Positions 1-9,094 of a stretch of DNA of 64,000 bases are shown here, one piece after another (positions within the stretch are counted from its first letter, which is position 1; each line of letters starts with the position of its first letter). This DNA comes from Desulfosudaceae bacterium (GTDB lineage Bacteria; Desulfobacterota; Desulfobacteria; Desulfobacterales; Desulfosudaceae), in NCBI GenBank assembly GCA_963674745.2, contig CAXXDV010000003.1:608001-672000 (forward strand), in the 5' to 3' direction. The notes under the pieces are model-generated. The model saw nothing but the letters and a program-made list of their open reading frames with translations, searched no databases and had not been told where the DNA came from. The position numbers and the translations under genes were made by a program.

Positions 1-797
1 GACATGCCGTAGACCTGCATTAAATAAGGCCCGCCCCAGAGCCCGCCGAAACCGAAAAAGATGCCGCAGTCAAAAAAGAACCATATGGCCACCGGCCAGA
101 AGGACCTGGTCGACAAAACCTGTCGCATGCCGGCCATCAGGGGAATGGCCGGTTCCGCAGAGGATGACGCCGTTTGCCCCTCCAGTTCCTGGATCGCGGG
201 CCAGCCTTTGTCCTGAGGCCGGTCCCGGACGATCAGCCAGGCCAGGATGACAATGACCAGGGTACTGATACCGATCACTTCAAAGGAGAGCCGCCAGCCG
301 ATCTTCGTGGCCATCAGGCCCAGCAGCCAGGTCCCGGCCAGGACGCCGATCCCGCCCACGGCGTTGAAAATGCCGGCCATGGAAGCAAACTCGTTTTTAC
401 GGAACCACCGGGAGAGGATTTTCATGGTGGGAATAAAGACCATGGAAACTCCGAAACCCACCAGCACCCGGCCGGCAAAGGCGATTTCAATAGAGGTCGC
501 CAGTCCGAACAGAAAACTGCCGATGGCGGCGATCAGCAGGAACACGGTCACGGTCTTGCGGGGGCCGATGGAGTCGGCCAGCAGGCCGGCAGGAAGCTGC
601 ATGACGGCGTAAGAGTAAAAATAGACCGAGCCCATCAGCCCGATGACGGCGGCGCTGGCCTGAAAATCACGGACCAGGTCGTCTGCCACCACGGACAGGG
701 ACAGGCGGTGAAAATAGACAAAAAAATAGGCCAGCCCCAGGGTAACAAAAATCCACCAGCGGTATCGCAGCATCCCGGCAATGTTTTTAGTGTTCAT
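1..797 (-). CDS. MFS transporter (3' end runs off the window; absent from the ORF track)
   Basis: Manual translation from ATG 797: MNTKNIAGMLRYRWWIFVTLGLAYFFVYFHRLSLSVVADDL...QLPAGLLADSIGPRK (MFS motif A), multiple hydrophobic helices, frame open to base 1. Confidence 0.9.
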   Translation of the reverse strand, partial: MNTKNIAGMLRYRWWIFVTLGLAYFFVYFHRLSLSVVADDLVRDFQASAAVIGLMGSVYFYSYAVMQLPAGLLADSIGPRKTVTVFLLIAAIGSFLFGLATSIEIAFAGRVLVGFGVSMVFIPTMKILSRWFRKNEFASMAGIFNAVGGIGVLAGTWLLGLMATKIGWRLSFEVIGISTLVIVILAWLIVRDRPQDKGWPAIQELEGQTASSSAEPAIPLMAGMRQVLSTRSFWPVAIWFFFDCGIFFGFGGLWGGPYLMQVYGM

Positions 798-868
798 GCC
801 GCCCCTTTCATTTGATTATCGGTTTGGATCTTTCCGGTTCATACAATAAAATGCGGCCGCGATCAACA

Positions 869-936
869 GGGGGTTGGGGTTCGGGGTTCGGGCCGCTTCG
901 CGGAGGTTTTAAAGTTTTAGAGTGTTAGGGTTTTAA
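869..936. repeat. G-rich heptamer run (GGGGTTC-like) followed by four octamers (ggttttaa/agttttag/agtgttag/ggttttaa)
   Basis: Read directly at 869-892 and 905-936. Confidence 0.75.
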
Positions 937-1003
937 GAAACAGCGGTCTGCGTCTCAGGGATGGCCCGCTGCGCGGGGGGTAATAATGGGTTCGGTGATT
1001 TCT

Positions 1004-1182
1004 GTAGGGGCGACCGGCGGGTCGCCCTTATTTTCATTCAGGGGACATAGCAAGGACTCGGTGTAGGGGCAACCCCCTGTGGTTGCCCATTTACCGGGCA
1101 GGCACGGGGGCCTGCCCCTACACCATTTAAGAACGATCGACAATGTTCATGAACGTTCGGGCACGGCGCGCCGTGCCCCTAC
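1004..1182. repeat. Cluster of four GTAG-type REP palindromes
   Basis: GTAG-GGGCGACC..GGTCGCCC (1004-1027); GTAG-GGGCAACC..GGTTGCCC (1063-1088); GGGCAGGC..GCCTGCCC-CTAC (1096-1121); GGGCACGGC..GCCGTGCCC-CTAC (1159-1182). Confidence 0.85.
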
Positions 1183-1282
1183 ATGGATGGTAGCGCATTG
1201 CAGGGACAGCCGGAAGCCCGGGGCAAGGCGGCTGATGAGCGGTCGGGGGCAGATCAACGCGTGACATATCCGGGGTGGAGAC

Positions 1283-1813
1283 TTACATCTTTATGCTTTT
1301 GATGATATCGGCCAGTTCAAGCAGCAATTCGTGATCGCTGTATTCAGGAAATACTTTTTTAAACTCTTCCAGCTGTGCCTCCAGAGAGGTTTTGTCTTCA
1401 CCCTGCTCAACCCCGCTTTCGATGTTCTCCACCAGGGCGGTGATCGGTGAGATATCTCCGTCCGGCCAGATAACGGCAAAGCGGTCTGCCTGGCGGGTTT
1501 CGGCGCCACGGGCACCGGCTGTAGAGACAGGCAGGGTTACTTCGTATTTGGCGGGTTTAATGGCTTTGGATTTTTCCTTTACCGCCTTGAACAGGTTGTT
1601 TAAACGGGTTTTCTGCTCATCCTGAACGGCTGTTTCCTGAGCGTCGTCGGCATTGATATCTCCACATCCCTGATTCCCCGCTTCGGTAATGCTCTGATCC
1701 GAGGCTGCCCCCGGTTTCTGCTCATCCGCTATGGCATTCGTGCTGACGATTAAAACCGCTGTATTCAGCAAAAGAAACGCAAACAACGCCGGAATGATGG
1801 TCGTTTTCATCAT
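1283..1813 (-). CDS. Secreted hypothetical protein
   Basis: 176 aa, N-terminal signal peptide, GGAGG-type RBS, 11 nt downstream of the NHL gene, contains STAGARGAE. Confidence 0.75.
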   Translation of the reverse strand: MMKTTIIPALFAFLLLNTAVLIVSTNAIADEQKPGAASDQSITEAGNQGCGDINADDAQETAVQDEQKTRLNNLFKAVKEKSKAIKPAKYEVTLPVSTAGARGAETRQADRFAVIWPDGDISPITALVENIESGVEQGEDKTSLEAQLEEFKKVFPEYSDHELLLELADIIKSIKM

Positions 1814-1824
1814 GACTCCCTCCT

Positions 1825-4800
1825 TTATTCATCGAGTAACTGGACCAGCTCCGGATATCCGTTCAGCAGCCGGGAATTCAATCTTTTGGCTTCCCGGAAT
1901 GCTTTGCGGGCCGGAACCAGCTGCCCGGCCTTGAGATGCGCCAGGGCGGTATTTATCTGAATGGCAGCGGTGTGATCGACAGCATCGGCTTTCTGATACA
2001 GCTCAAGGGCTTTTTCGTAGTCGTTCTGCATGTAGGCGATATTGCCGAGTGTCTGGAGGACTTTCGGGCTGCCGGTATCTTTCTGTTGCGCCCGCAGGGC
2101 GTATTCTTCCGCCTGGTCAAATACGCCGACTTCGGAGTAGAGACGTGCCATGAGCAGGAGCAGGGAGATGTTTTTCGGATCCCGCTCAAGCCAGCGTTTG
2201 AACACGGCCAGTCTTTTCTCAACCTGGCGCAGGTTGAGCGCGTCAAGCTCCCGCTTCAGCAGGACATTGAGTTCACCTGTTTCGGGCATGGGAACGTTCC
2301 GCTCCATCGGGGGCAGAGAGACTGTCTGATAGGTCTCCCACGCTTCAGCGATGTCTATGACACCGATTTGCTGTGTTTCGGAATACGTTTCCACCGTGTT
2401 GGCGGCCACGCGCCAGGCGGAAATAAAAGGACTGCCCACCAGTGTCGTTTCAACCGGCACATAGTATTCCCCATTGTGCATCAACAGAAGGTCTTCTGAC
2501 AGCCCCAGGGAATCTATGGCCTGTTTTCCGGTGGCCAGTTTAAAGGCGGTGAAAATATGACCGGGCGAAGTTACCATGACCGTTTCAATCCCGGTGCCTT
2601 CCAGTAAAGAAGCGAAGAGAATCGACAGATCATCACAGTCTCCGCTCAGCCGCTGCAGCGTTTCCCGCGGGAACTGGACGTAATCGATGACCGTACCTTC
2701 AGACATTTTTGAGAAATTGAACGGTTGAATGGGGTCAGGCATGTAGTACATGCCCAGGCTTTGCATGGCATCAAACAGCGCCAGCGCCTTGAACAGATTC
2801 TGGTCCAATTCGGTCTGGATGGTTTGTTCGCCGGCGGTTTTGACCGCCTGCCGGGCGAACATCTGAACGTCCGGATCTTTGGGCGTTACGAAACAGGCAA
2901 TCATTTTTTCACGTCCCCAGTTAATGCTGTTTCGACCGAACAGTTCGATATTGAGATTTTTTTCAATAGGCGCCTGCCCGTTGATGACGACTTGAGCCTG
3001 GGCCCCCAGGCGGGTATTTTCAACATAGGTCAGCACATCGCGGTTAAGGGTGGCCCTGATATTGAACGTTTCTTCTGAAAACGGGTTGATGGCCGGAATC
3101 TGGGTCTCGGTCGGGTTGTCCATGATGGCTTTGGCATAGAACAGGGCTTTGCAAGGCGGTGATGCCTTGCCGCCGTCATTGGTGATCGTCAGCTTGATCT
3201 CGGGGTTATCCATATAGGTCTGGTAAATGGCGCCCATGATGGGTGGCGCCTGGCAGGACTTGATGGACAGAACGTATTTGAGCTCTTTGACCTTGTGTAA
3301 TAATTTGGCGTAATCTTCGATGGCATCATTATACCGCGGTTCATCCGGATTCTCTCTCTGGCCGGCTTTGAGAACGGCGATGGCATCCTCGATCTGGTTG
3401 TCCTGTTTGTAACAGGCCGCCAGCACCAGCCGCTTGTCAATGGCATCCGTCTGGTTCTGGATGATACTCCGGATGGCTGTTTTGGCTTTGTCGGCCATCA
3501 TTTTGGACGGTGACCGACCCGATGATCTGGCATAAGCCGTCAACGCCAGGGTCATGGCCCTGACATCTTCGGGTGTGTCTTTGAAATCACGCGAGAAGAA
3601 AGGCTGAAGCAGCCGCACGGCCTTGTCCCAGTCACTGCTGTCGATGGCCAGTCCGGCCTGGCTTAAAATACCGGGGGTACGCAGCTTGTAGGTCAGCAGC
3701 CTGGGCGGTGACACATCATCCAGAACCCGCAAGGTTCCGTCCGGCCAGACCATGAAGTCGGCCGGTTTTTGCCAGTCCTGTGCCCGGTCGCCGCTGCTGC
3801 CGAACTTGAAGGCCACTTTGCCGTCGTCGTCAAGCAGCAGTATTTTGCCGTTATGGCTGTCAAGCACCAGCAGAAAACCGTTGGCATCGGATTCAACGGC
3901 GGTGAATTCCGCGTCGGGTGTGGGAGACTTGATTTCGATGTTCCGGACAAAACTGCCGTTTGGTGAAAAAAGATGAAGCATGTTCCGGCCGCTGTCCAGA
4001 ACGGCCAGCTGGCCGTCGTACCAGGTGATATCACGGAGCTGTTTAATCTCCTGGGGCAGGACATCCCCTTTTTCTCCGAACCGGGAACTCATGATGCCGT
4101 CCTGACTGAATACTTTTATTTCTGTATCGTCTTCATCCGAGAAGACCAGGGAGTTCCCCGGTGCGGGAAGAATCCGGGTAACGTCGTCAAGCTTGTCTTC
4201 ACCGCAATCAAAAGCAAAATAGCCATTGGGAAGTTTGAAAGCGAAAACTTTTGACCTTGAGCGATCAAAAGCGTAAAGCATGTCATCACCGGCGTAAACG
4301 CAGGTAATTTTTTTGATGTCCGGATGCTTGAATACCTGTTCATTGCCGGTCCTTTTCATAATGATGGCTTTTGTCTGCGGATCAAACACGATAACGCCGT
4401 CGGGTAACAGGCCGACCACTTCGCCGGAGATGGTGTTTGTGGCGGTGTGTTGAATCAGGTATTTGGCGGGCTCTTTCTGAGCCGGCAGGGGGCGGGCCGG
4501 GGTGTCAAAAGAGAATATCTGCACGTCCTTGTCGTCCCTGTCCATGGCAACGATATTGCCGTCGGCATCACATGTGATGTCGGACAGCTCTGAAAACTGA
4601 CCGCGACTGGTGCCCTTGGACCCCAAAGCGGCCGTCTGTTTGCCGCGTACCGTCCACTTGAAGATTTTCTGTGAGGAGTCAATCCCCAGCAGTTCGCCTG
4701 AATCAAGGGTGATGAGTTTTTTTACATCTTCGTAGTCGCCTTCCAGCCGGCGCTCGGAAACGAACCGGCCTTCTCGTGAAAAAAGGACCATGCTTCCGGC

Positions 4801-5436
4801 TTCAGAGTCAATGGCGGCGATTGTACCGTCATCCAGGACGGTCAGTGCGGTAACGCAGAATTCAGGTTTTTCTCCCATAACATTGAGCGGTAGGTGCATT
4901 GAAAACAGGTAAGTGCCGTCAATGGTGAACGCCTTTATGTCATTCTCCTTGCAGTCGGCAATATAAAAAAGGCCCTGGGTGTCAATGGCCATGTCGGTTG
5001 GCTTTGAAAAAAAACCAAAATAATCCGGAGACTTGATGGTCATATTCAAGATGCGCTGGAACCGGCCGTCGGCATCAAAAATCAGGACATCCCGGGTGCC
5101 GGCGTCAAACACGATAATACGGTCCTGTGACGGGTCATATGACAGGCTGAGCACTTCTTTGGGGACATAGCCGGGAGATTGGGCCAGGCCGACACTGCTG
5201 GTCCGGTTGAAGTCTTCATCAAGAAAAATAAGGCTCTCGCTTTTATCGTCATAGACCACAAAGCCGGGGTGTTGACCCAGAGACGTCATATAAAGCGGCT
5301 TTTCCGCAGGGATGGCCTGCCGCACAACGAATTTGAACCCCTCCAGCGCTCGTGCCGGTGACGGGAATTGTGAAATGAATAAACAAATTGTCAGGATTAC
5401 AGGAAAGCGAATCAAGAGCCGTTTTCTCCCGGGCAT
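1825..5436 (-). CDS. Secreted NHL-repeat beta-propeller / TPR / transglutaminase-like domain protein
   Basis: Signal peptide; NHL repeats (GSKGTSRGQFSELSDITCD, FGSSGDRAQDWQKPAD); GDCDDLSILFASLL...PGHIF...VETT Cys-His-acid signature; C-terminal TPRs. Confidence 0.85.
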   Translation of the reverse strand: MPGRKRLLIRFPVILTICLFISQFPSPARALEGFKFVVRQAIPAEKPLYMTSLGQHPGFVVYDDKSESLIFLDEDFNRTSSVGLAQSPGYVPKEVLSLSYDPSQDRIIVFDAGTRDVLIFDADGRFQRILNMTIKSPDYFGFFSKPTDMAIDTQGLFYIADCKENDIKAFTIDGTYLFSMHLPLNVMGEKPEFCVTALTVLDDGTIAAIDSEAGSMVLFSREGRFVSERRLEGDYEDVKKLITLDSGELLGIDSSQKIFKWTVRGKQTAALGSKGTSRGQFSELSDITCDADGNIVAMDRDDKDVQIFSFDTPARPLPAQKEPAKYLIQHTATNTISGEVVGLLPDGVIVFDPQTKAIIMKRTGNEQVFKHPDIKKITCVYAGDDMLYAFDRSRSKVFAFKLPNGYFAFDCGEDKLDDVTRILPAPGNSLVFSDEDDTEIKVFSQDGIMSSRFGEKGDVLPQEIKQLRDITWYDGQLAVLDSGRNMLHLFSPNGSFVRNIEIKSPTPDAEFTAVESDANGFLLVLDSHNGKILLLDDDGKVAFKFGSSGDRAQDWQKPADFMVWPDGTLRVLDDVSPPRLLTYKLRTPGILSQAGLAIDSSDWDKAVRLLQPFFSRDFKDTPEDVRAMTLALTAYARSSGRSPSKMMADKAKTAIRSIIQNQTDAIDKRLVLAACYKQDNQIEDAIAVLKAGQRENPDEPRYNDAIEDYAKLLHKVKELKYVLSIKSCQAPPIMGAIYQTYMDNPEIKLTITNDGGKASPPCKALFYAKAIMDNPTETQIPAINPFSEETFNIRATLNRDVLTYVENTRLGAQAQVVINGQAPIEKNLNIELFGRNSINWGREKMIACFVTPKDPDVQMFARQAVKTAGEQTIQTELDQNLFKALALFDAMQSLGMYYMPDPIQPFNFSKMSEGTVIDYVQFPRETLQRLSGDCDDLSILFASLLEGTGIETVMVTSPGHIFTAFKLATGKQAIDSLGLSEDLLLMHNGEYYVPVETTLVGSPFISAWRVAANTVETYSETQQIGVIDIAEAWETYQTVSLPPMERNVPMPETGELNVLLKRELDALNLRQVEKRLAVFKRWLERDPKNISLLLLMARLYSEVGVFDQAEEYALRAQQKDTGSPKVLQTLGNIAYMQNDYEKALELYQKADAVDHTAAIQINTALAHLKAGQLVPARKAFREAKRLNSRLLNGYPELVQLLDE

Positions 5437-5604
5437 AATTAAGGACCTTTATCTTCAAAAATGGATTAATACCCGACCCGCATATGTCACTGATTTTTAG
5501 ATATCCCCATAACAATCCGCTGCTTCCGTGCCACCGGAGAAAATCATGAAATACGGGCCTGAAACAGTTTCAGTCGTACCTGCCGCCTTTTAAGACAACA
5601 ATAA

Positions 5605-5633
5605 ATTATACCGTTGTATTCACTTATTGTCAA
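5605..5633 (-). promoter_or_regulatory. Perfect sigma70 consensus promoter for the NHL gene operon
   Basis: Minus strand TTGACA (5633-5628), 17 nt spacer, TATAAT (5610-5605). Confidence 0.75.
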
Positions 5634-5834
5634 GAAACGGCAGAAGGCCCCAAAAGGCAAAAGGTATTGGAAAATACAGCAAAAATCCGGTTCGAGCTTG
5701 AACCAACGAATGGTTTGCGGTATCATAAGCCATCTGTCAAAGCGCCGGTAAGAAAGGTCTGGCAGATTCAGGTGAAACCGTTTTTCTGCTTTGCACGCGG
5801 AATCTTTTGTGGCGTCGGGGGCGGAGCATCCTTT

Positions 5835-8711
5835 GTGACAGCATCAACTTTTAAATACAATCGGTTACTGACCATACTGACAGGAACATATAAATCAGAT
5901 AAATTCCGGTTTGTTTTATTTCGTGCCATACGGGTTGTCGTGATCTGTCTGGTGGTCTCTTTGTTATTTACGTTTGTTCCCCTTTTCAGGCAGGCCGAGC
6001 TGAACATCCTGGATTTCCGATTCAAACACCGGCCGCCCCTGGTTCTTTCCGAAAGGCTGGGGACAGTGGATATTGATTCGGCAACCATCAACCTGGCCGG
6101 TGGATGGCCGGTTTCCCGAAAACTTTATGCCGATCTGATCAGGTGCCTGGACAGATATGATGTGTCGCTGGTGACTTCGGATATCTTTTTCCCTGATCCC
6201 GGTGCATTGAATATTTCCCAGGGCCAGATGGCGAAGCTGGCTGCTCTGGCGGAAGATGAAGGGCAGGCGGAAAACTGCAGAAATATGCTTGCCGAACTTC
6301 GTAAGAGCCCGGACGAAGATTTCGCCGCGGCTTTACGTACTTCCGCTTCAGAAGTTCTGGCCCAGACCTTTTCGTTTAAGACGCTGGCATATTATCCGGA
6401 TATCGAAACCATAGATCGCCTTACCCGGGTCGGAATGGAGGACATGAGCGACAGTGCCCGGACATCCCTGGCCATGGCCGACAAGTATTCCGTGCCCTAT
6501 GTGCCGCCCGAAGGCAGGGAAACAGGGCTGTCACGGGCGTATGCCGTTGAACCCCCGATACCTGAATTATTGAAGAATGCTGCAGGACTGGGGTTTGCCC
6601 AGATGGTGAGTGTGCAGGATGTTGACGGTACCGCCAGGGAATACCCGATGTTTCTTCTTTATAACGGCAGGCTATACCCTTCCATCGGGCTGATGGGCAT
6701 ATCGCTGTTGACCGGTGTGCCCCTTTCCGCCATGAAAATATTTCCGGGCAGCCATGTGCTGCTGCCGGACGCCCGGTCACCGGAATTAAATGCCTCAGGG
6801 GAACCGGTCGATATCAAAATACCGGTTGATCATTACCTGAGAATGAAGGTCAACTGGACCGGCGATTACCTGGACACCTTCAGCCATATTCCGGCCTCGG
6901 CTATTTTAAAATTTCAGGCGGAAGACCTCTTGAAAGAGACCATACGCAAGTATGCCGGTAATCCGGGTGAGTTGATCGGCCGGGGATACGACGAGGCCGT
7001 AGGACGTGTTTTAAACCGCAAGCTGATTTATGAAGCCGAAGCCGGGCTGATGGGCATGCATTTGATGATCGCCCAGCTGGCCGAGTCCGACCAGGCAGCG
7101 GGAAATACCTCAAAAGCGGATTTTCTGCAGGCACTGGGCGCCGGCGATGTCGAAATGCGGAAGACCATATCGGATATCTGGGACCAGGTGTCCGATAATA
7201 CCCGGATCCTTGATCTGCTCCGGAAAAATGAAGACCTCACCTACGAAGACATAAAATCCCGGCTGGCCATAGCGGATGTGCGTGACGATGAAATGCGCCA
7301 TTCAACAGATTTTTTGCGTTTTATTATTAACCGTGGAAAGGATTTGGACGATTGGCGGCCGTTGTATTTTTCCAAACCCATTACCATTTCGTACGAGGGC
7401 TCCAGCCGTAAAACGATCCTGTCTCCGTTGAATCTGGCCGGCAAGGTGCTGTATATGGGACTGACGGCAACGGCTACTCATGATTTCGGACCGATCCCGT
7501 TTAATCCGGCTTATCCCATGGTCGGTCTGCACGTGAACGCGGTTAACACCATACTCACCCGGCAGTTTATTCATGACGTTACCTCGTGGTGGGCCGTGTT
7601 TTTGATTGCGCTTGTCTGCTCACTGCCGGTGGTCTTTCTGCCGCAACGCCTGCATCCGCTGACCGGCTCGGCGATTACGCTCCTGTTGGTCGGCGGGTAT
7701 TTCCTGGGCAGCACCGTGCTTTTTAACAGAGCAGGTGTCTGGATGCCGACCTCGCAGCCGATAATCGCGATTGCCCTGACGTTTTTTGCCATTGTGACAC
7801 AGAACATCATGAGCGAACGCCGTGAAAAAAAGCAGTTGCGCAATGCCTTTTCCACCTATGTCACCCCGTCGATCGTGCAGCAGGTGACGGCTGATCCCGG
7901 CTTGTTGCGCCTGGGCGGACAGCGGCGCCTGATGACCGCTTTTTTCAGTGATGTGGAGGGGTTTACCGCCATCAGTGAAAAATCAGAGCCCGAAGAACTG
8001 GTGGCCATGCTCAACGATTACCTGGATGCCATGACCGGTATCATTTTTAAGCATGAGGGCACCCTGGACAAGTATCAGGGTGACGGTATCATGGCTTTCT
8101 GGAACGCCCCGGTGGCCCAGGAAGATCATGCCTACCGGGCCTGTTGTGCCGCCATTGATTCCATAAAGTGTATTGACGAGACGCTTCATCCCCGGTGGTA
8201 TGCGGAAGGAAAACCCCTGTTTTCCATCAGGATAGGAATCAATTCCGGTGCCATGATCGTCGGTAACATGGGCTCAAACGCCAGGATGGACTACACCATT
8301 ATGGGGGACGCGGTCAACCTTGCCTCCAGGCTTGAATCAGCCAATAAGGTGTACGGCACCCGTGTAATGACCAGTGAGTTTATCATGGAACAGGTCCGGG
8401 ACAGGATCATTGCCAGGGAACTGGATATTATCAGGGTCATCGGTAAGGACAAATCCGTCCGTGTTTACGAAGTGATTTGCCGAACAAAAGACCTTGATCC
8501 GGAAACCAAGAAACTGATCGAAGCCTATGATGCCGCGCTGGCCTTTTACCGGCACGGCCGTTGGCAGGAAGCTGCCGATGGTTTTGCGGCTGTATTGGAA
8601 CTGGATCCGGGGGACGGCCCGAGCAAAATGTATTTACAACGATGCCGGGAGTTTATATTAACCCCTCCGACCCCTGGATGGGATGGGGTCTGGACGTTGA
8701 AAACCAAGTAG
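5835..8711 (+). CDS. CHASE2-domain class III adenylate cyclase with C-terminal TPR-like tail
   Basis: TM-CHASE2 (DIDSATI..GGWP..R, DIFFP, DVDG..REYP, GLHVNAVNTIL)-3TM-cyclase (FFSDVEGFT, DKYQGDG, DYTIMGDAVNLASRLE). GTG start at 5835 with GGAG preferred; frame open from 5667. Confidence 0.9.
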   Translation: MTASTFKYNRLLTILTGTYKSDKFRFVLFRAIRVVVICLVVSLLFTFVPLFRQAELNILDFRFKHRPPLVLSERLGTVDIDSATINLAGGWPVSRKLYADLIRCLDRYDVSLVTSDIFFPDPGALNISQGQMAKLAALAEDEGQAENCRNMLAELRKSPDEDFAAALRTSASEVLAQTFSFKTLAYYPDIETIDRLTRVGMEDMSDSARTSLAMADKYSVPYVPPEGRETGLSRAYAVEPPIPELLKNAAGLGFAQMVSVQDVDGTAREYPMFLLYNGRLYPSIGLMGISLLTGVPLSAMKIFPGSHVLLPDARSPELNASGEPVDIKIPVDHYLRMKVNWTGDYLDTFSHIPASAILKFQAEDLLKETIRKYAGNPGELIGRGYDEAVGRVLNRKLIYEAEAGLMGMHLMIAQLAESDQAAGNTSKADFLQALGAGDVEMRKTISDIWDQVSDNTRILDLLRKNEDLTYEDIKSRLAIADVRDDEMRHSTDFLRFIINRGKDLDDWRPLYFSKPITISYEGSSRKTILSPLNLAGKVLYMGLTATATHDFGPIPFNPAYPMVGLHVNAVNTILTRQFIHDVTSWWAVFLIALVCSLPVVFLPQRLHPLTGSAITLLLVGGYFLGSTVLFNRAGVWMPTSQPIIAIALTFFAIVTQNIMSERREKKQLRNAFSTYVTPSIVQQVTADPGLLRLGGQRRLMTAFFSDVEGFTAISEKSEPEELVAMLNDYLDAMTGIIFKHEGTLDKYQGDGIMAFWNAPVAQEDHAYRACCAAIDSIKCIDETLHPRWYAEGKPLFSIRIGINSGAMIVGNMGSNARMDYTIMGDAVNLASRLESANKVYGTRVMTSEFIMEQVRDRIIARELDIIRVIGKDKSVRVYEVICRTKDLDPETKKLIEAYDAALAFYRHGRWQEAADGFAAVLELDPGDGPSKMYLQRCREFILTPPTPGWDGVWTLKTK

Positions 8712-8833
8712 GCCGAGAAAAGCACTGTTTTTTTTATCCGTTGTTAATTGTTTGTTGAATAATATGGTTATAATTTATATCCTTAGTAAGCATGTTTGTT
8801 CGGGATAAAACAGTTCAACCGTTTGATGAAAAA

Positions 8834-8921
8834 GTGCTTATGTGATTAAGTGGTTAAGTGTTTAAGTGATTAAGTGGTTAAGTGTTTATGTGATTAAGTG
8901 ATTAAGTGATTACGTGGTTAT
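8834..8921 (+). repeat. Eleven tandem octamers GTGNTTAH
   Basis: gtgcttat gtgattaa gtggttaa gtgtttaa gtgattaa gtggttaa gtgtttat gtgattaa gtgattaa gtgattac gtggttat. Confidence 0.9.
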
Positions 8922-8922
8922 G

Positions 8923-8986
8923 GGGGCGTTCGCCAATGCCGTAGGGGCACGGCGTGCCGTGCCCGTTAGTCATGATTATGTGATTA
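8923..8986. repeat. 64-bp REP-containing dispersed repeat (copy 1)
   Basis: Ungapped match to 15897-15960 (56/64 by manual count); core TAGGGGCACGGCGTGCCGTGCCC. Confidence 0.8.
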
Positions 8987-9094
8987 TGCAGCGGAAGGCT
9001 TCAGTCTTCCGGGCGCCTGATAGTTTAAACGTTTCAAGGCTTCAGGTGGTTATACAAACTTTTGGTGTTCGAGCTTTTAAAGGGGAGGGTGGTC

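Noticed and set aside
174..815. 213-aa plus-strand ORF (and 247..612)
   Set aside because: Antisense shadow of the minus-strand MFS gene, which the track missed because it runs off the window
5667..5834. Long N-terminal extensions from the ORF track (also tex 15998, ileS 49166, resB 51666, TetR 55341, R-M 41753)
   Set aside because: Downstream starts have better RBS context and/or match the family N-termini
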